From positions 2,046,001 through 2,110,000 of the forward strand of contig OZ024752.1 in assembly GCA_964016885.1 (NCBI GenBank): DNA of 64,000 nt, in the 5' to 3' direction. A model generated the notes under the pieces. It ran no database searches and was not told where the DNA came from. It was given only the letters and a program-made list of their open reading frames with translations. The DNA is from Eledone cirrhosa (lineage: Eukaryota). Positions 1-13,200 of this stretch are shown in pieces (the stretch's first letter is position 1; every line of letters begins with the position of its first letter). The position numbers and the translations under genes were made by a program.

Positions 1-2023
1 CCCCCGATCGTAAACAATCAGTGTATATTGTCTCATTTCCAGAATTTGGTGTAACCACAGTTGACACGCACATTTGACTCACACACACACTTACTCACAC
101 GTATTGACACATATAGATATAAATATGCACGTTTACGCACATACGTTTCCGCACACACACACATACACACACACACATATGTATGGTTGTGCGTATTCAT
201 TAGATATAACTATTTTTATATATGATTTAAATAAGTATACATATAAGACAAACATAATTTTTACTAAAGATATATCTATCTTCGCGCACGCGCGATTGCA
301 ATATTTGTGTCGCTGGTTCATAAATGACTTGTGTATTGGATATATTTCACTTTAGATCCAAAAGTATTAAAACTATTTCATACAATTTCATTTCCAGGGC
401 ATATTGTGTGTTTAGAAATTGACAGTGTCCCATATATTGAATCCACAAATTCTTCTAGCTATCATAGTACTTGTAACGATGAGGTCACTATTGAGTATAG
501 ACATTAGCAAAGCATCAATGAAACTACATAATTTTCCTTCCATTTCTATTTTACTGATATTATCCATATGCCAGTATTTCTATTCTTATAGAATCTTGAA
601 ATGTCTTAGATTTGTTATTCAAGTAGGACAGCCGAGGAATTGTGCTGCCATGATGAGAGTGTATTCAGTTTTACCATTAAATGTTTTCTACTTTCGTAAT
701 TGGTACTTATTACCACGTATAATAATATGCCTAATATGCAGAGGATTTTTATGTGTGGGGAGTTTGAGGGAATGAGGACGTGAGCGGATATTATGGACCG
801 TGCGACTAGCATAATTACCTGAAGCGAAAGGAAAATCAAGATGTATGAGAGTATAGTGTCAGAGAAAAATGATAATAGAATGGTGTCTAAAAGAAATTTT
901 GAAGAATATAAAGTGGATATGCATCGGACGGTTTTGGCACTATGAGGTGCGAGGTGTTACTGGAGGCAAGATTTACAATGCAAAAGAAAAAATCCGAATA
1001 TATAATAAACAGGAAATAGTATGAGACGGAATAAACCGGCAGCTATGTAAAGAATTTAGAAGACAGTGTGGTAGACGGCCGTGGTGGGTGTGAAACACAT
1101 GACACAATAATGCAGAGATAGAGGTTGGAATATGAGAGCGTTAGTCATTAACAAAGACGATGTAGGAAAAAGAACATAACAAAAACATACAATCACAATG
1201 AATGAATTGAGTTATTGAGAGAGGAGAAAAATTCAATACATAAAGAAATAAATATTCCTCAATAGGGCCGGGGTGGGGAAAATAATTTTCCCTCGCTGAA
1301 AACTAACAATTACTGTATTAAAAAGATTTGTAGTTACTTATTTTTTTTATATATACGTTTTATCCTCCCATTCCTAAACTTTGCTGTCCCCCCCCCTCTC
1401 TCTTTCTCCCCCCTCTCTCTTTCTTGCTTTCCATGTGTATTCCTAAACACAAAAAACAGATATTCACATACAAACGGATATATATATATATAATCGAAAT
1501 GCATAAACTTACACACATACGCATATTTATATTATATATATGTGTGTATGTGTGTGTCTGTCTATATATATATATATATTATAAAAAATTCATTGAGATG
1601 CAGCTATATTGGGGCAGCTCATTCAATGTAATAACAACCCGGTAGTAATTTTATATATCCAATGACAAATTCGCATATATGAAGAGATGTCGAAAACGAA
1701 TCGAGTATGTCACTTTGATTGTACCTTGCGATAATCGATATCGAAACATTTCTGCTATGCAAATACAATTTGTACATATGTTACAAAACTGACTTTGATT
1801 TAAACAAAATATATTTACACTCTGCGCACAAAAGCCACATTAACCCAAACCAGACGGATCTCGTAACAGCTAGGAATGTTTCGATCCGTACGATAGCCGT
1901 AATTGATGTAACACGCCTAACTAGCACACACACACTCACATATACACACGCACACCCACACACACCTACACACACACACACACGAACACACATATATATA
2001 TATATATATGTGTATATATATAT

Positions 2024-2624
2024 ATATATGTATACATACGTACAGTAGTATGTATATATATACATACATGCACACATATATATATGTACGTATGGGTTTA
2101 TCGAACATTTATTATAATATTCGGTTTGTTTGTAAACAAACAGCCCGAATTATGCCGTACAATGCTCGGCAACCGTCGTCGCAATTTTTTGTTCAACATT
2201 GACAAAGGAACGATGTACTAGTTTCAAGCTTATTAGCTATCGTCAGCAGCGTATACCTTCCTGCCAGATGATTGAACGTCTGAAAGTATATACTTTCCTT
2301 ATGCATATTAATGGCTGAGCAGCCTAATTTTTCATATCGAGTGAGTTAGTCGGCATAAGGATAGTATATACTTTCAGACGTTCAATCATCTAGCAGGAAG
2401 GTATACGATGTATACGATGCTTGAAATTAGTACATTGTTCATTTGTCAGTGTTGAACAAAAGGGCAACGATGGTTGCTAAACACTACGACTTAATTCGGC
2501 CGGTTTGTTTACAAACAAACCGAACATTATAATAAATGTTTGATAAACCCATACGTACATATATATATATATATGTGCATGTATGTATATATATACATAC
2601 TACTGTACGTCTGTATACATATAT
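2024..2624. mobile_element. Foldback/MITE-like element, long imperfect inverted repeat
   Basis: Arms ~2024-2304 and ~2353-2624 are reverse complements (e.g. gtacgtatgggtttatcgaacatttattataat / attataataaatgtttgataaacccatacgtac; gatgattgaacgtctgaaagtatatact / agtatatactttcagacgttcaatcatc), with a ~48-nt spacer. Confidence 0.8.
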
Positions 2625-2879
2625 GTGTGTACGTATACATACATATATTTAAGTAACAGCCGTACTAAGAGCGAGAAATGAAATTTCGTATCATTTTTTC
2701 TATTTATATATATATATATTAGAAACGTAATCTTGGTATGTTTATATACATTTGTTCTTCTAACTTTGATTTTATACCTAATTATGTATGGTTGACGATT
2801 TATTTAATCGATTTCTACGTGCTATTGAAATGCTGGGTAAATATTTTATAGCTATTGATCGCGAATAGATGGCTGTCGT

Positions 2880-3330
2880 TTATTTATCTATTATTTCTTC
2901 ATAGGTGCCTTTTAATCTTATAGCCTAGTTTAATTGCTTTTTTGTGTGGGTGATTATGCTGATTGGGAGAGGAGATGATGTATATATTTTATCAAATGAT
3001 TCTATGGACATATTTTATTTTATATATATATATATATAGATATATATCTAAAAAGTCTAAAGTCTGTCTTAAGCCAGAAGGCTCATTTGGCCGATGTTTA
3101 TCCCGGTTTCAAGACGTGAAGCGACTGAGAGTACAAGACTCCCCCACGGAGAGGATTCAGTCCATCGCAGGGTTAAACCTCCAGTTATTGCTGGTACTCA
3201 TTTCCAGCTGAATATAGTTGAGCAACGTGAAATGAAGTGTTTTGCTCAAGAACACAACACGCAACCCAGTAATCGAATCCACGACATTATGATCGTAAGT
3301 CCAACACATTTACCACTAGGCCACGTGCCT

Positions 3331-3378
<48 letters not shown>

Positions 3379-3387
3379 ACACATATA

Positions 3388-3447
<60 letters not shown>

Positions 3448-3720
3448 TTTACACATACACCAATTAAACAAAGTCACAGGTATATATGTGTTTTGCAACG
3501 TTTCACGATGTGGCTCAATGAAGAATTAATAAATTAAATAATCAGAGCAAAATACTATAGAGTAAATCATGTCCATCGCAATGGTATATTTATTTACTGT
3601 TTCTTCATAGATGCCTTTTATTCTTATAGCCTGGTCTAATTGATTTTTTGTGTGGTTAATCATGCTGATTGTGAGTAGAGATGATGTATATATATTACCA
3701 AATAATTCTCCCGACATGCT
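2880..3720 (-). repeat. Two diverged copies (~2890-2990 and ~3600-3700) of an unclassified repeat fragment
   Basis: ttcttcataggtgccttttaatcttatagcctagtttaattg..tgtgtgggtgattatgctgattgggagaggagatgatgtatatat aligns with ttcttcatagatgccttttattcttatagcctggtctaattg..tgtgtggttaatcatgctgattgtgagtagagatgatgtatatat. Confidence 0.55.
3068..3334 (-). mobile_element. tRNA-derived SINE (Meta-domain-like)
   Basis: Minus strand has A box TGGCCTAGTGG and B-box-like GGATTCGATT, then gtgttcttgagcaaaacacttcatttcacgttgctc and a central aaccctgcgatggactgaatcc..ctcagtcgcttcacgtc..gaaaccgggataa block recalled as the MetaSINE domain. Confidence 0.75.
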
Positions 3721-3759
3721 TTACTCTATAGTATATATATATATATATATATATATATA

Positions 3760-3860
3760 AGCAAAAGGGATATTTAATTTGTTGGTAATTCAACAAATAT
3801 AAATGTTTATAGCTGATTCAAAGCACTCGACAGTTTTCTGGAGTATAATATATGCATTGT
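3760..3860 (-). mobile_element. Solo PLE 3' tail fragment between (TA)n tracts
   Basis: Minus strand TACTCcagaaaactgtcGAGTGCTT hairpin; homologous to 49617-49730; (TA)n on both sides. Confidence 0.6.
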
Positions 3861-3879
3861 ATATATATATATATATATA

Positions 3880-4023
3880 GAAAAACCACAGACGCTCCAT
3901 CTCAACTCACCTTTTGAAAAGCAGAAGAACTGCGAAACCGGTAAAGGAACCAAATAAATATATATATTTAAAAAAGAAATAAGACTCCAGTTGCATTTTC
4001 GATTTCATCTCTTTTTCTTTATA
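3880..4023 (+). mobile_element. PLE pLTR fragment, family D
   Basis: Near-identical reverse-complement copy at 17154-17295; carries a hammerhead; preceded by (TA)n. Confidence 0.7.
3910..3947 (+). ncRNA. Minimal type I hammerhead ribozyme, U3-A8 core variant
   Basis: cctt-TTGAAAA-gcag aagaa ctgc-GAAA-ccgg-TA-aagg: stem I cctt/aagg, stem II gcag/ctgc, palindromic stem III ACCGGT, GUA site. Confidence 0.75.
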
Positions 4024-4078
4024 CTTTCACTCGTGTAGGACACCGCGGTTATTTTTCATTTTGTAAAAAAAACCTCAC

Positions 4079-4130
<52 letters not shown>

Positions 4131-4430
4131 GGGGTAACAGATTATTGTTTTAGGTAGTCCACTTAAGTGTAGTCCAGTTATGGTACTCCGGGTAGTGGAT
4201 CATCTCAAGGCTTGGCTAAGTTTGACTCAACAAGTCCTTTCCATATTGATGTTGCGAGTACGCTGTAATTACTATGTTGTAAACACTTGGAGTAATGATA
4301 AATCAGGAAAGAATATATATATATATATATGTATTAAGTCAAATCTGTAAAATGTGGCTTCGTTTATTATAAATTATAGATATACTGGTATAAATTACAC
4401 AATTACCGAAATTACGTTTAAATCCTTTAA

Positions 4431-4479
4431 ACGCTGACAATTGTTTCTTCTGAATTTTAGTTTGGAGTCATCGGAGCAT
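4431..4479 (-). ncRNA. Degenerate type I hammerhead
   Basis: Minus strand atgct-CCGATGA-..-GAAA-caattg-TC-agcgt; palindromic stem III; U4C change and poor stem II. Confidence 0.5.
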
Positions 4480-5042
4480 TATCAATGTTTGTACATATAA
4501 TTTACCTCCTATTCAAATGAAGAATCATATAGATACATATATATTGATGTTGTGAACAACAGTTTAGTGTATATAGGGTGTAATGGATGCGACATATATT
4601 TTACGAGAATTGTACAATAATTCAATTTCAAGTAAAAGTTAAAATTAAAAGCACAGAGTGGAATACATGCGACAGATAATACAAGAGTATAGTCCAATAA
4701 TTAGAGAGGCAATGGGAAAGAAGTTATCAAGCGTGCAGAGATTGTACATGCCTTAGTCATATATCTGGGAAGGAAACAAATAAACATATTAGCCATATAT
4801 GAGTACTGTATGGCAAGGTATTACATAAAAATGTTCAAGCTCTTAAAAGTATTATGGAGAATATAGATCAATATTTTCTGTATAGTTCAAATTTATATGT
4901 GTGTAGAATATGAGAGTTACTGATTTCTCATCCATTACATATGTTAAGTTATGTTTTAGTTAATCTCTGTATTGATATACTGGTATATGTATATATGTTT
5001 GTATTGATATACTGGTATATATATATATGTTTGTATTGATCT

Positions 5043-5097
5043 ACTGGTATAAATATTTCGGTGACAGCCATCATTGGCTGTGACCTCTTCAGGCAGT
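5043..5097 (-). ncRNA. Type I hammerhead, family I
   Basis: Minus strand actgc-CTGAAGA-ggtcacagcca atga tggctgtcacc-GAAA-tattta-TA-ccagt; homologous to 59952-60006. Confidence 0.7.
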
Positions 5098-5199
5098 CCG
5101 AATTGGTGTGGGAAAGACAGCTACACATGTTGTTGAAGTGTGTTTTATTCCTTCAATACATCGATATGTCCAGCTCCTGGTTGTGTTGTTATTTCTTTG

Positions 5200-5379
5200 A
5201 GGAACTGGAATCATCAGTTCCTCAGAGCATGGGTTAACATGTGACGTTTTTTTGATGCAAATCATTGTTGATCATAGGCAAATCCCTTGCAGTACTGAAA
5301 CGCCTCATCTATGATTCTCTTACTTAAGTATCAAGAGATCGCATTACTCGAAATTGAGTTGCAACCAACATCATCATCG
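5200..5379 (+). mobile_element. Decayed RTE-type LINE 3' end
   Basis: Remnant GLTCDV..KSLAVLKR of the C-terminal zinc finger, hairpin actcgaaattgagt and (CAT)n tail; same 3' end as 21400-21428 and 40915-40945. Confidence 0.55.
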
Positions 5380-5493
5380 TATATATATATATATATATAT
5401 AATGTACAGAGAAAGAGAGAGAGAGGGGGGTAGTTTGTCCTTATCCATTATAATAAAACCAAATCCGGGACACAATCAGCCTAAAGACAAATA

Positions 5494-5664
5494 CCGTATA
5501 TTCCGGCGTCGAAAACGTTACTTTTTTTCTTAAAATAAGTTTTAAAAAACTACTATGTGTCCTGTAGGCCGAATGTTGTTTATTTTTCTTTTTTTCAAAT
5601 ATTTGATTGGCAAAATAAGGGTGCGTCCTCGAGGACTAAGTGTCTTCGGCGCCGGGAAATACGG
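5494..5664. mobile_element. Tc1/mariner-pogo-type MITE
   Basis: TA|CCGTATATTCCGGCG ... CGCCGGGAAATACGG|TA terminal inverted repeats with TA target duplication. Confidence 0.8.
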
Positions 5665-6819
5665 TAAACATTGCACGCTTACGTAAACACGTAGTTCAAC
5701 ACGTACTCCCACTAGCACACATACACACAAATACATATAGATACGCCTATATACTCTCACACACACATGCTGTCAAATAATTTTTAGTAAATTTGATATA
5801 TTTTTTTATTTGAGAACCCTTAAACTTTAAATCATACGGAAATAGTCGCGTTTATAAGATTAATTGACTAGCATTTATATATTTTTTAAGCCCATGACTA
5901 CCACATAAATGTATATACATAGCGAGAAAGCATGTAATACTCTCTTAAATAGTGCGTACTATCTCCAGTGAATCACAAAATTATGCAATACGAAGTATCA
6001 ATATAGATATTTCTATAAAAACCATACATTCATGTATTACTGGGTCAAGCAATTAACATCCGAAATAATTGTTAAATGGCCGAAGCACAAATGAGTAAAT
6101 GATTCATTAGAAAACAAAAATATACACGACAGTCTTAAGCTTCATCTCTTTTCTTTTTTTTTTTGCATTCATGCCGCGTTCATTGCCCAAATTTACATAA
6201 AAAAACACCATACATTTTCCGTCAAACATCAAAATACAATTACATGTTAATTATATATATATATTATTAACAATTACCATTTCTGTTATAAACAATCACA
6301 TGTTCCTCTACTTCCATATAGTACCACTTATATTAAGAATAAGGTATACAAATATAAATAGAAATAAGTTTATTTGGAAGCCCGTAATTTCGGGCTAAAA
6401 CTAATTAAAATTTTTAATTTTTTAATTTCCTAGTTATATTTCTATTTCTTATTCTACGATGCTTCAAGCAAACTAAAACACTTTATTAAGTATAAAAACC
6501 ATTAGTAAATAATATTCATATACAAATTTTCATCGCAGTCAAAATTAAGAATCACTAAAATTTCGAAATCACTGTCACATTTTACAAAATATGTTACATC
6601 CTGCTCAGATGTATTGTCACTTTGTTTAGAGATATTGTTGATGTACAGCAGCATTTTGAACATCCTCTACTTTGTAGATATGGACAAGAATATATATAAA
6701 TATATATATGTATATATGTATATATATATATATATGGGTGTGTATATATATATGCATATATATATAGATACATATATGAATTCAAATATACACAGACAAA
6801 TATTTATTTATAAACATAT

Positions 6820-6904
<85 letters not shown>

Positions 6905-7010
6905 AATGAAGTAATTCCATCGGAAAAGTCCAGGAAAAAAGAGTGCTCTATGTAAGCAACAGAGCTTAATTATTATTATTATTATGTAATAAACAACATA
7001 AGGCAATTAT

Positions 7011-7068
7011 TCCATTTACCAGTGGTTTCTTAAAAGCAAAAGGTTTTGCTTTCAATCCTCAGAATGAA
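7011..7068 (-). ncRNA. Type I hammerhead, family F
   Basis: Minus strand ttcatt-CTGAGGA-ttgaaagcaaa acct tttgcttttaa-GAAA-ccactgg-TA-aatgga. Confidence 0.85.
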
Positions 7069-7282
7069 AAATCCTGGTTTGTTTATTGAATATGGATTCT
7101 AAAAACGAAAATGCAATCTATATGAAAGTGAGGCTGGAAAAGGGAGAAGGAAAGGAAAAATAAAATAAAATAAAACTACACATGCAAACACACACAAAAA
7201 AACCCAAAAGCATACTTACACACACACACATATATACACATATAATTTGCACGCATACACATATACACATACACATACATAT

Positions 7283-7343
<61 letters not shown>

Positions 7344-7450
7344 CATACACATACATACACACATATATATATAAAAAGAGCGTACACCTGCACACACATA
7401 CACATATATATACACACATATACACATACATATATTCATACATACACACG

Positions 7451-7482
<32 letters not shown>

Positions 7483-7508
7483 TACATATATATGCACATG
7501 TACATATC

Positions 7509-7564
<56 letters not shown>

Positions 7565-7587
7565 CATATACACACATATACACATAT

Positions 7588-7631
<44 letters not shown>

Positions 7632-8040
7632 GTGTGTACAAGCCTACACATACACACACACATATATATACACACACATATACATACATTCACACAAACA
7701 TACAACGTACATACATACACATACATGAATGCACTCCACTACATATTAACACACGCAAATAAATATAAGAAAAAAATATAAGAAAAAAATATATAAATAA
7801 TATTAACAAATATTTGACAGCGATACATGCCCCAGCTAACAGGACAGACACGCGTGGTAAGTAATACACACATAAGCGCATATACATACGTTCGAAGTAG
7901 TAAACACATACACACACTCTCACACATAAATATACATATACAAATACATAAACACGTACATACACATACATACGCAAACACGTACACGTATACAATATAA
8001 ACACACACATGTATATGTAATTATATACACACACACACAC

Positions 8041-8097
<57 letters not shown>

Positions 8098-8554
8098 CAA
8101 AAATATAAAAATATAAACGCACACACACATATAAATACGTAAACACACATATACATACATAGCTAAACAATTATACACATGCAAATACGTATATATCAAA
8201 AGAACGCACAACCAAATACAAACACACACACATATATACACACACACACACCCACACACAAACCCACACATACATAAAAATAAATAAAAACACACGCAAC
8301 ATATACATACATACACGTACATATACATATATACATATATACATATACATATATATATATACACATATATATACACAAATACATATATATATATATATAT
8401 ATGCACACGTACACGCACACATACACACATGCATACACATACACACACACATATACATGTGTGTATGTGTAAAGCTCAGTATTAGATAAGACAAATGAAC
8501 CTTACATAAACGTATATATAGTAGTAAAGTAATAAAGCCATACAAGGCAATTAA

Positions 8555-8616
8555 TCCATTCACCAGAGGTTTCTTAAAAGCAAAAAAAAAAAGTTTCCTT
8601 CAATCTTCAGAATGAA
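8555..8616 (-). ncRNA. Second tandem hammerhead of family F, GUG site
   Basis: Minus strand ttcatt-CTGAAGA-..-GAAA-cctctgg-TG-aatgga; H17 is G. Confidence 0.65.
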
Positions 8617-8656
8617 ATATACAAATATATACACACATACAGACACGCACACACAC

Positions 8657-8692
<36 letters not shown>

Positions 8693-9009
8693 GTACATAT
8701 ATATACATATATATATATACAGACATATATACACACATACACACACATACATATACATACATACATACACATATATATACATACACAAACATATACGTAC
8801 ACATATACATATATACACACAAAAATACATACACATACACATAGGTATGTGAAGGGCAAAACAAAAAGAATATAAGGGGTGGGGGGCCTAGAGGAGGTAA
8901 AAATATAAAGGGAGGTAAGGGAGAAAAAAATATTTTTTAAATACAAGAGTACAGAAGGTAGAAGCAGCAAAATAAAAACCGTAGCAAAAGTAAAGAGCAG
9001 AGAAGGAGT

Positions 9010-9396
9010 TCAAGGCGGTTGATTTATCGTAGGAGTGTCAATCCAGTTACAGATCAGATGCGATTTCAGATGAGGACAGCATCTGAAGATCTCAGTCTTA
9101 GAGTTAAGGCAAGCGGAAGTGTCTCTCAAGTTTAGCAAAATCCTATACTTTTCTGTGGTACACAAAGAACAATTCTTTGTGCCCCTTTGGTACTCCCTCG
9201 AATGGTCTAATATAGACCAATCAATAGAGTACGGGATATTACTATCCTTGAGATCCCATACCTTACTTGCGAGGGCCGTTGATGTTCGTTTATCTGAGTG
9301 TTTAAAAGAAGCGACATGTGAGTAAAATCTGGTTTTAAACCTGTCCTGGGTCATACCGACATATCGCTCGCTTCTGGCTGGCTGGTTGTTGATAAC
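9010..9396 (-). pseudogene. PLE GIY-YIG endonuclease C-terminal fragment
   Basis: RYVGMTQDRFKTRFYSH..ALASKVWDLK..CSLCTTEK..LNSKTE..CPH; truncated by the inverted pLTR. Confidence 0.9.
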
Positions 9397-9506
9397 TGGC
9401 GTTCTTTTGATATATACGTATTTGCATGTGTATAATTGTTTAGCTATGTATGTATATGTGTGTTTACGTATTTATGTGTGTGTGCGTTTATATTTTTATA
9501 TTTTTG

Positions 9507-9545
<39 letters not shown>

Positions 9546-9954
9546 GTGTGTGTGTGTGTATATAATTACATATACATGTGTGTGTTTATATTGTATACGT
9601 GTACGTGTTTGCGTACGTATGTGTATGTACGTGTTTATGTATTTGTATATGTATATTTATGTGTGAGAGTGTGTGTATGTGTTTACTACTTCGAACGTAT
9701 GTATATGCGCTTATGTGTGTATTACTTACCACGCGTGTCTGTCCTGTTAGCTGGGGCATGTATCGCTGTCAAATATTTGTTAATATTATTTATATATTTT
9801 TTTCTTATATTTTTTTCTTATATTTATTTGCGTGTGTTAATATGTAGTGGAGTGCATTCATGTATGTGTATGTATGTACGTTGTATGTTTGTGTGAATGT
9901 ATGTATATGTGTGTGTATATATATGTGTGTGTGTATGTGTAGGCTTGTACACAC

Positions 9955-9996
<42 letters not shown>

Positions 9997-10019
9997 ATAT
10001 GTGTATATGTGTGTATATG

Positions 10020-10075
<56 letters not shown>

Positions 10076-10101
10076 GATATGTACATGTGCATATATATGT
10101 A

Positions 10102-10133
<32 letters not shown>

Positions 10134-10240
10134 CGTGTGTATGTATGAATATATGTATGTGTATATGTGTGTATATATATGTGTATGTGTGTGCAGGTGT
10201 ACGCTCTTTTTATATATATATGTGTGTATGTATGTGTATG

Positions 10241-10301
<61 letters not shown>

Positions 10302-10515
10302 ATATGTATGTGTATGTGTATATGTGTATGCGTGCAAATTATATGTGTATATATGTGTGTGTGTGTAAGTATGCTTTTGGGTTTTTTTGTGTGTGTTTGC
10401 ATGTGTAGTTTTATTTTATTTTATTTTTCCTTTCCTTCTCCCTTTTCCAGCCTCACTTTCATATAGATTGCATTTTCGTTTTTAGAATCCATATTCAATA
10501 AACAAACCAGGATTT

Positions 10516-10573
10516 TTCATTCTGAGGATTGAAAGCAAAACCTTTTGCTTTTAAGAAACCACTGGTAAATGGA
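10516..10573 (+). ncRNA. Type I hammerhead in inverted pLTR, family F
   Basis: Reverse complement of 7011-7068. Confidence 0.85.
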
Positions 10574-10606
10574 ATAATTGCCTTATGTTGTTTATTACAT
10601 AATAAT

Positions 10607-10651
<45 letters not shown>

Positions 10652-11091
10652 TCTATCCATACTAGATCAGATCTGACATTTAAAATTAGAGACAATATTA
10701 ATGAGATATAGCGTGCTCATATTACCTCTAGCCTGACATTTCTCGGCGTAGAAATCAACAGATTACTTGTCATCAATGTTATTAAAAGAGGAAAAGATAT
10801 GTATATATCATTAATCATTATTTAGCCACAAAATACTTTATGCAGCATATACGAACAAGATTATCTCAATTAATACTGGGGTGGGTGGATTTTTTCTTGA
10901 GTTAACTATGGATGATAATGGCTGAGTACGGAGAGATACAGAATTTGTTAAATGACTCTACATCGGATAATGTACAAAAGAAATGACCATATATAGAATT
11001 CTAGATGTATATGACATTACAGTGAATTAGTAGAACATAGTTTAAATAATATCTAATATGTATATATATATATATACATATATGTATGTAT

Positions 11092-12402
11092 AACAAATGA
11101 ATTGTGGTAAGGAACCAGATGGACCATAACGCACCAGAGTACTCAATACTTAGGGTAGTAGAGTGGGAAATAGGAAAAGGTATGACCCCGACGGCAGAGC
11201 TCAAGCCGTTTCGACGGCTATTTCTGGACGAAATTAGAATTGTTAGCCTGGTGAATAAATAGCCGACCTTGTCAACGGGGTACTTCCTTATATGGGCAGA
11301 TTGTAGTTGTCAAGAGGATTGGTTAACATTTGTTGTAAACACATATAAATCTATCATGGCATTTGGTGGGAGGTAGGGGTGGCTGAACTTTCCTGTAGAA
11401 CAATAGAGGAGTGGTGGAGCGGTCAAGCGTTGAAGGTGATATGTATACAGCGGATTCTAAGGATAGTGTATGCGGTGGAGGAGGGAGGTTATAGAATAGG
11501 TAAATCGAATGAGAGTAGGAGATAATAAAAGATAATAGAAATAAATAACAAAATATATATAAAATTAGATACTGAGAAATGAATAAAAAAAATCACAATG
11601 TTATCTTACAATTACAGGGTAATAAGTTGAGAATAGAAAAAAAACGTGTAGAATGAGTAGTAACAAAACTGATACAAAATTAATTGTGGTAAGGGATTTT
11701 AACACATCTGCTGTAAGTAGTTAGTAAAACGGGGTGGCGGAACTGATGCTACAGAGGCCCGATGGGCTGCATCGGGGTAGGCGAAGGGATAAAAGCAGAC
11801 GAGGGGGAACATAGGTAGTGGAAGGAAGTGATAGGATGAGACGGGGAGAAGAAGAAGACGAAGAGGAAAAGAGAAGAGATACATCTACCTATGTAAGCTG
11901 GAGTTTCCCCTAACTTATTCGGCAAGTGGGGGGTTATCAGCCCTTGTCTACCCACCCGGTCGTTATCGGGTTTGAGGGCGAAGTAAGTCCTACGCAATAT
12001 GTGTTTGCATGCGGTTACCAGTTCGTCTTTGCTGTTTAGGAGTTGGTCCTTCGAAAATAGTATTTATAATGTTTCCTCCGAGCATAAGTTACACGGACGG
12101 CGTCCTGCCGTGTAAGAGTTAGCTCTGGACAGTAAGTTCGAAGTGAGATTGTAGGTTATATTATTATCTTGGAGATCCCAGATGTGGCCCGAAAGTGTAG
12201 TGGAATGTCGCCTGACCGGGTTTCGGAATGTATGTCGGTGTTGGTAGAACCGGGTCTTGAAGTCACACGCGGTTAATCCTATATAAGCTCTGTTGGAGGT
12301 TTACGTCCTCACGTTGCAGTGGTAGATCACGTTACGTTCTCGGCATTTGTTGTTGAGGGGGTAGGTAGATCTATCAGGGCAGTTACACCTCCTTACACCT
12401 CC
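11092..12402 (-). mobile_element. 5'-truncated PLE, family B subfamily
   Basis: Decayed GIY-YIG at ~11935-12390 homologous to 45642-46346; 3' pLTR with hammerhead and tail matching 44348-44540. Confidence 0.9.
11185..11281 (-). ncRNA. Family B hammerhead, TTGACAA (U3-A8) core
   Basis: Minus strand acccc(g)-TTGACAA-ggtcggcta..tagccgtc-GAAAC-ggcttgagctctgcc-GTC-ggggt. Confidence 0.6.
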
Positions 12403-12620
12403 AGAGGAAGACAGAAAGACGATACTTTGGTTCGTGGAAACGTTCCCTGGAAAAGAACGGAAAAAACGAATATAATATGTAATTATTTGGAGCGGTGAAA
12501 AACAATTACTCGCAAAGACAAAACCACGTTTATGGTATAAAAGTAGTCGTAGATTAATATTCTATTAGGTGGTTCATAGCAGCGATTCTTTGCTTAAATT
12601 TAATCTGTTATTTTAATAAA
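12403..12620 (-). mobile_element. Family E pLTR fragment plus short inverted terminus
   Basis: 12403-12578 matches the 54460-54630 region; 12578-12620 (agcagcgattctttgcttaaa..ctgttattttaa) is the family E end in opposite orientation, followed by TA. Confidence 0.8.
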
Positions 12621-12628
12621 TATATATA

Positions 12629-12685
<57 letters not shown>

Positions 12686-12721
12686 TATAAGATCAAAAGA
12701 TGGTTAAAGGAGTTCCATGTA

Positions 12722-12788
12722 TTTTATTATGCGCATTTCAAAAACAAACCTCATCATGCAATAATATTTGTGTTTTCATCAGATAAAA
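12722..12788 (-). ncRNA. Type I hammerhead in inverted pLTR, family A
   Basis: Reverse complement of 16620-16686. Confidence 0.8.
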
Positions 12789-13200
12789 GATGAGAACATG
12801 ATATGAAGGCTAAAAACACTTGTGGATAGTGCAGTTTTAAATCAACATATGAAAAGTGGTTTTAGATTGATGTATGATATTGGGAAAAATATTTTATTTA
12901 GAGAGGGGGGTGGAAAGGATGAAAAAGGGGAGGAGATGAGAGGGAGAGATGGGTGATAGAGAGAAAGAGATAGTTTTTATAACTGAGAGGAGATATATTG
13001 TTTTACATAGAGAGGTTGAAAACCGTTGGAAGATAATGTATAAATTAAAAGAATTTGAAAATTAACGAAGGGAGGATATGTGCGATGAAAAAATATTTTA
13101 TTTAGGGAGGGGGTGGGGTGGAAAGGATGAAAAAAGGGGGTTGAGCGCTTACTCTCATATTGGATACCTTTTGATGTTCCTTTACCTCTTCTTCTACAAC

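Larger units (their letters stand above)
6902..10611 (-). mobile_element. 5'-truncated Penelope-like element, family F, with inverted 5' pLTR
   Basis: GIY-YIG fragment at 9010-9396 (-); arms 6973-8207 and 9399-10611 are near-perfect reverse complements; tail at 6902-6972; partial tandem pLTR at 8208-8870; (TA)n on both sides. Confidence 0.9.

Noticed and set aside
400-1250. Ancient PLE RT remnant on minus strand (SHLIVPKP.., LDTIL)
   Set aside because: Only scattered short resemblances with many stops; cannot be supported without a search
13078-13200. ORF-track N-terminal extension of the RT
   Set aside because: It begins inside the inverted pLTR; the conserved N-terminus starts at ATG 13201
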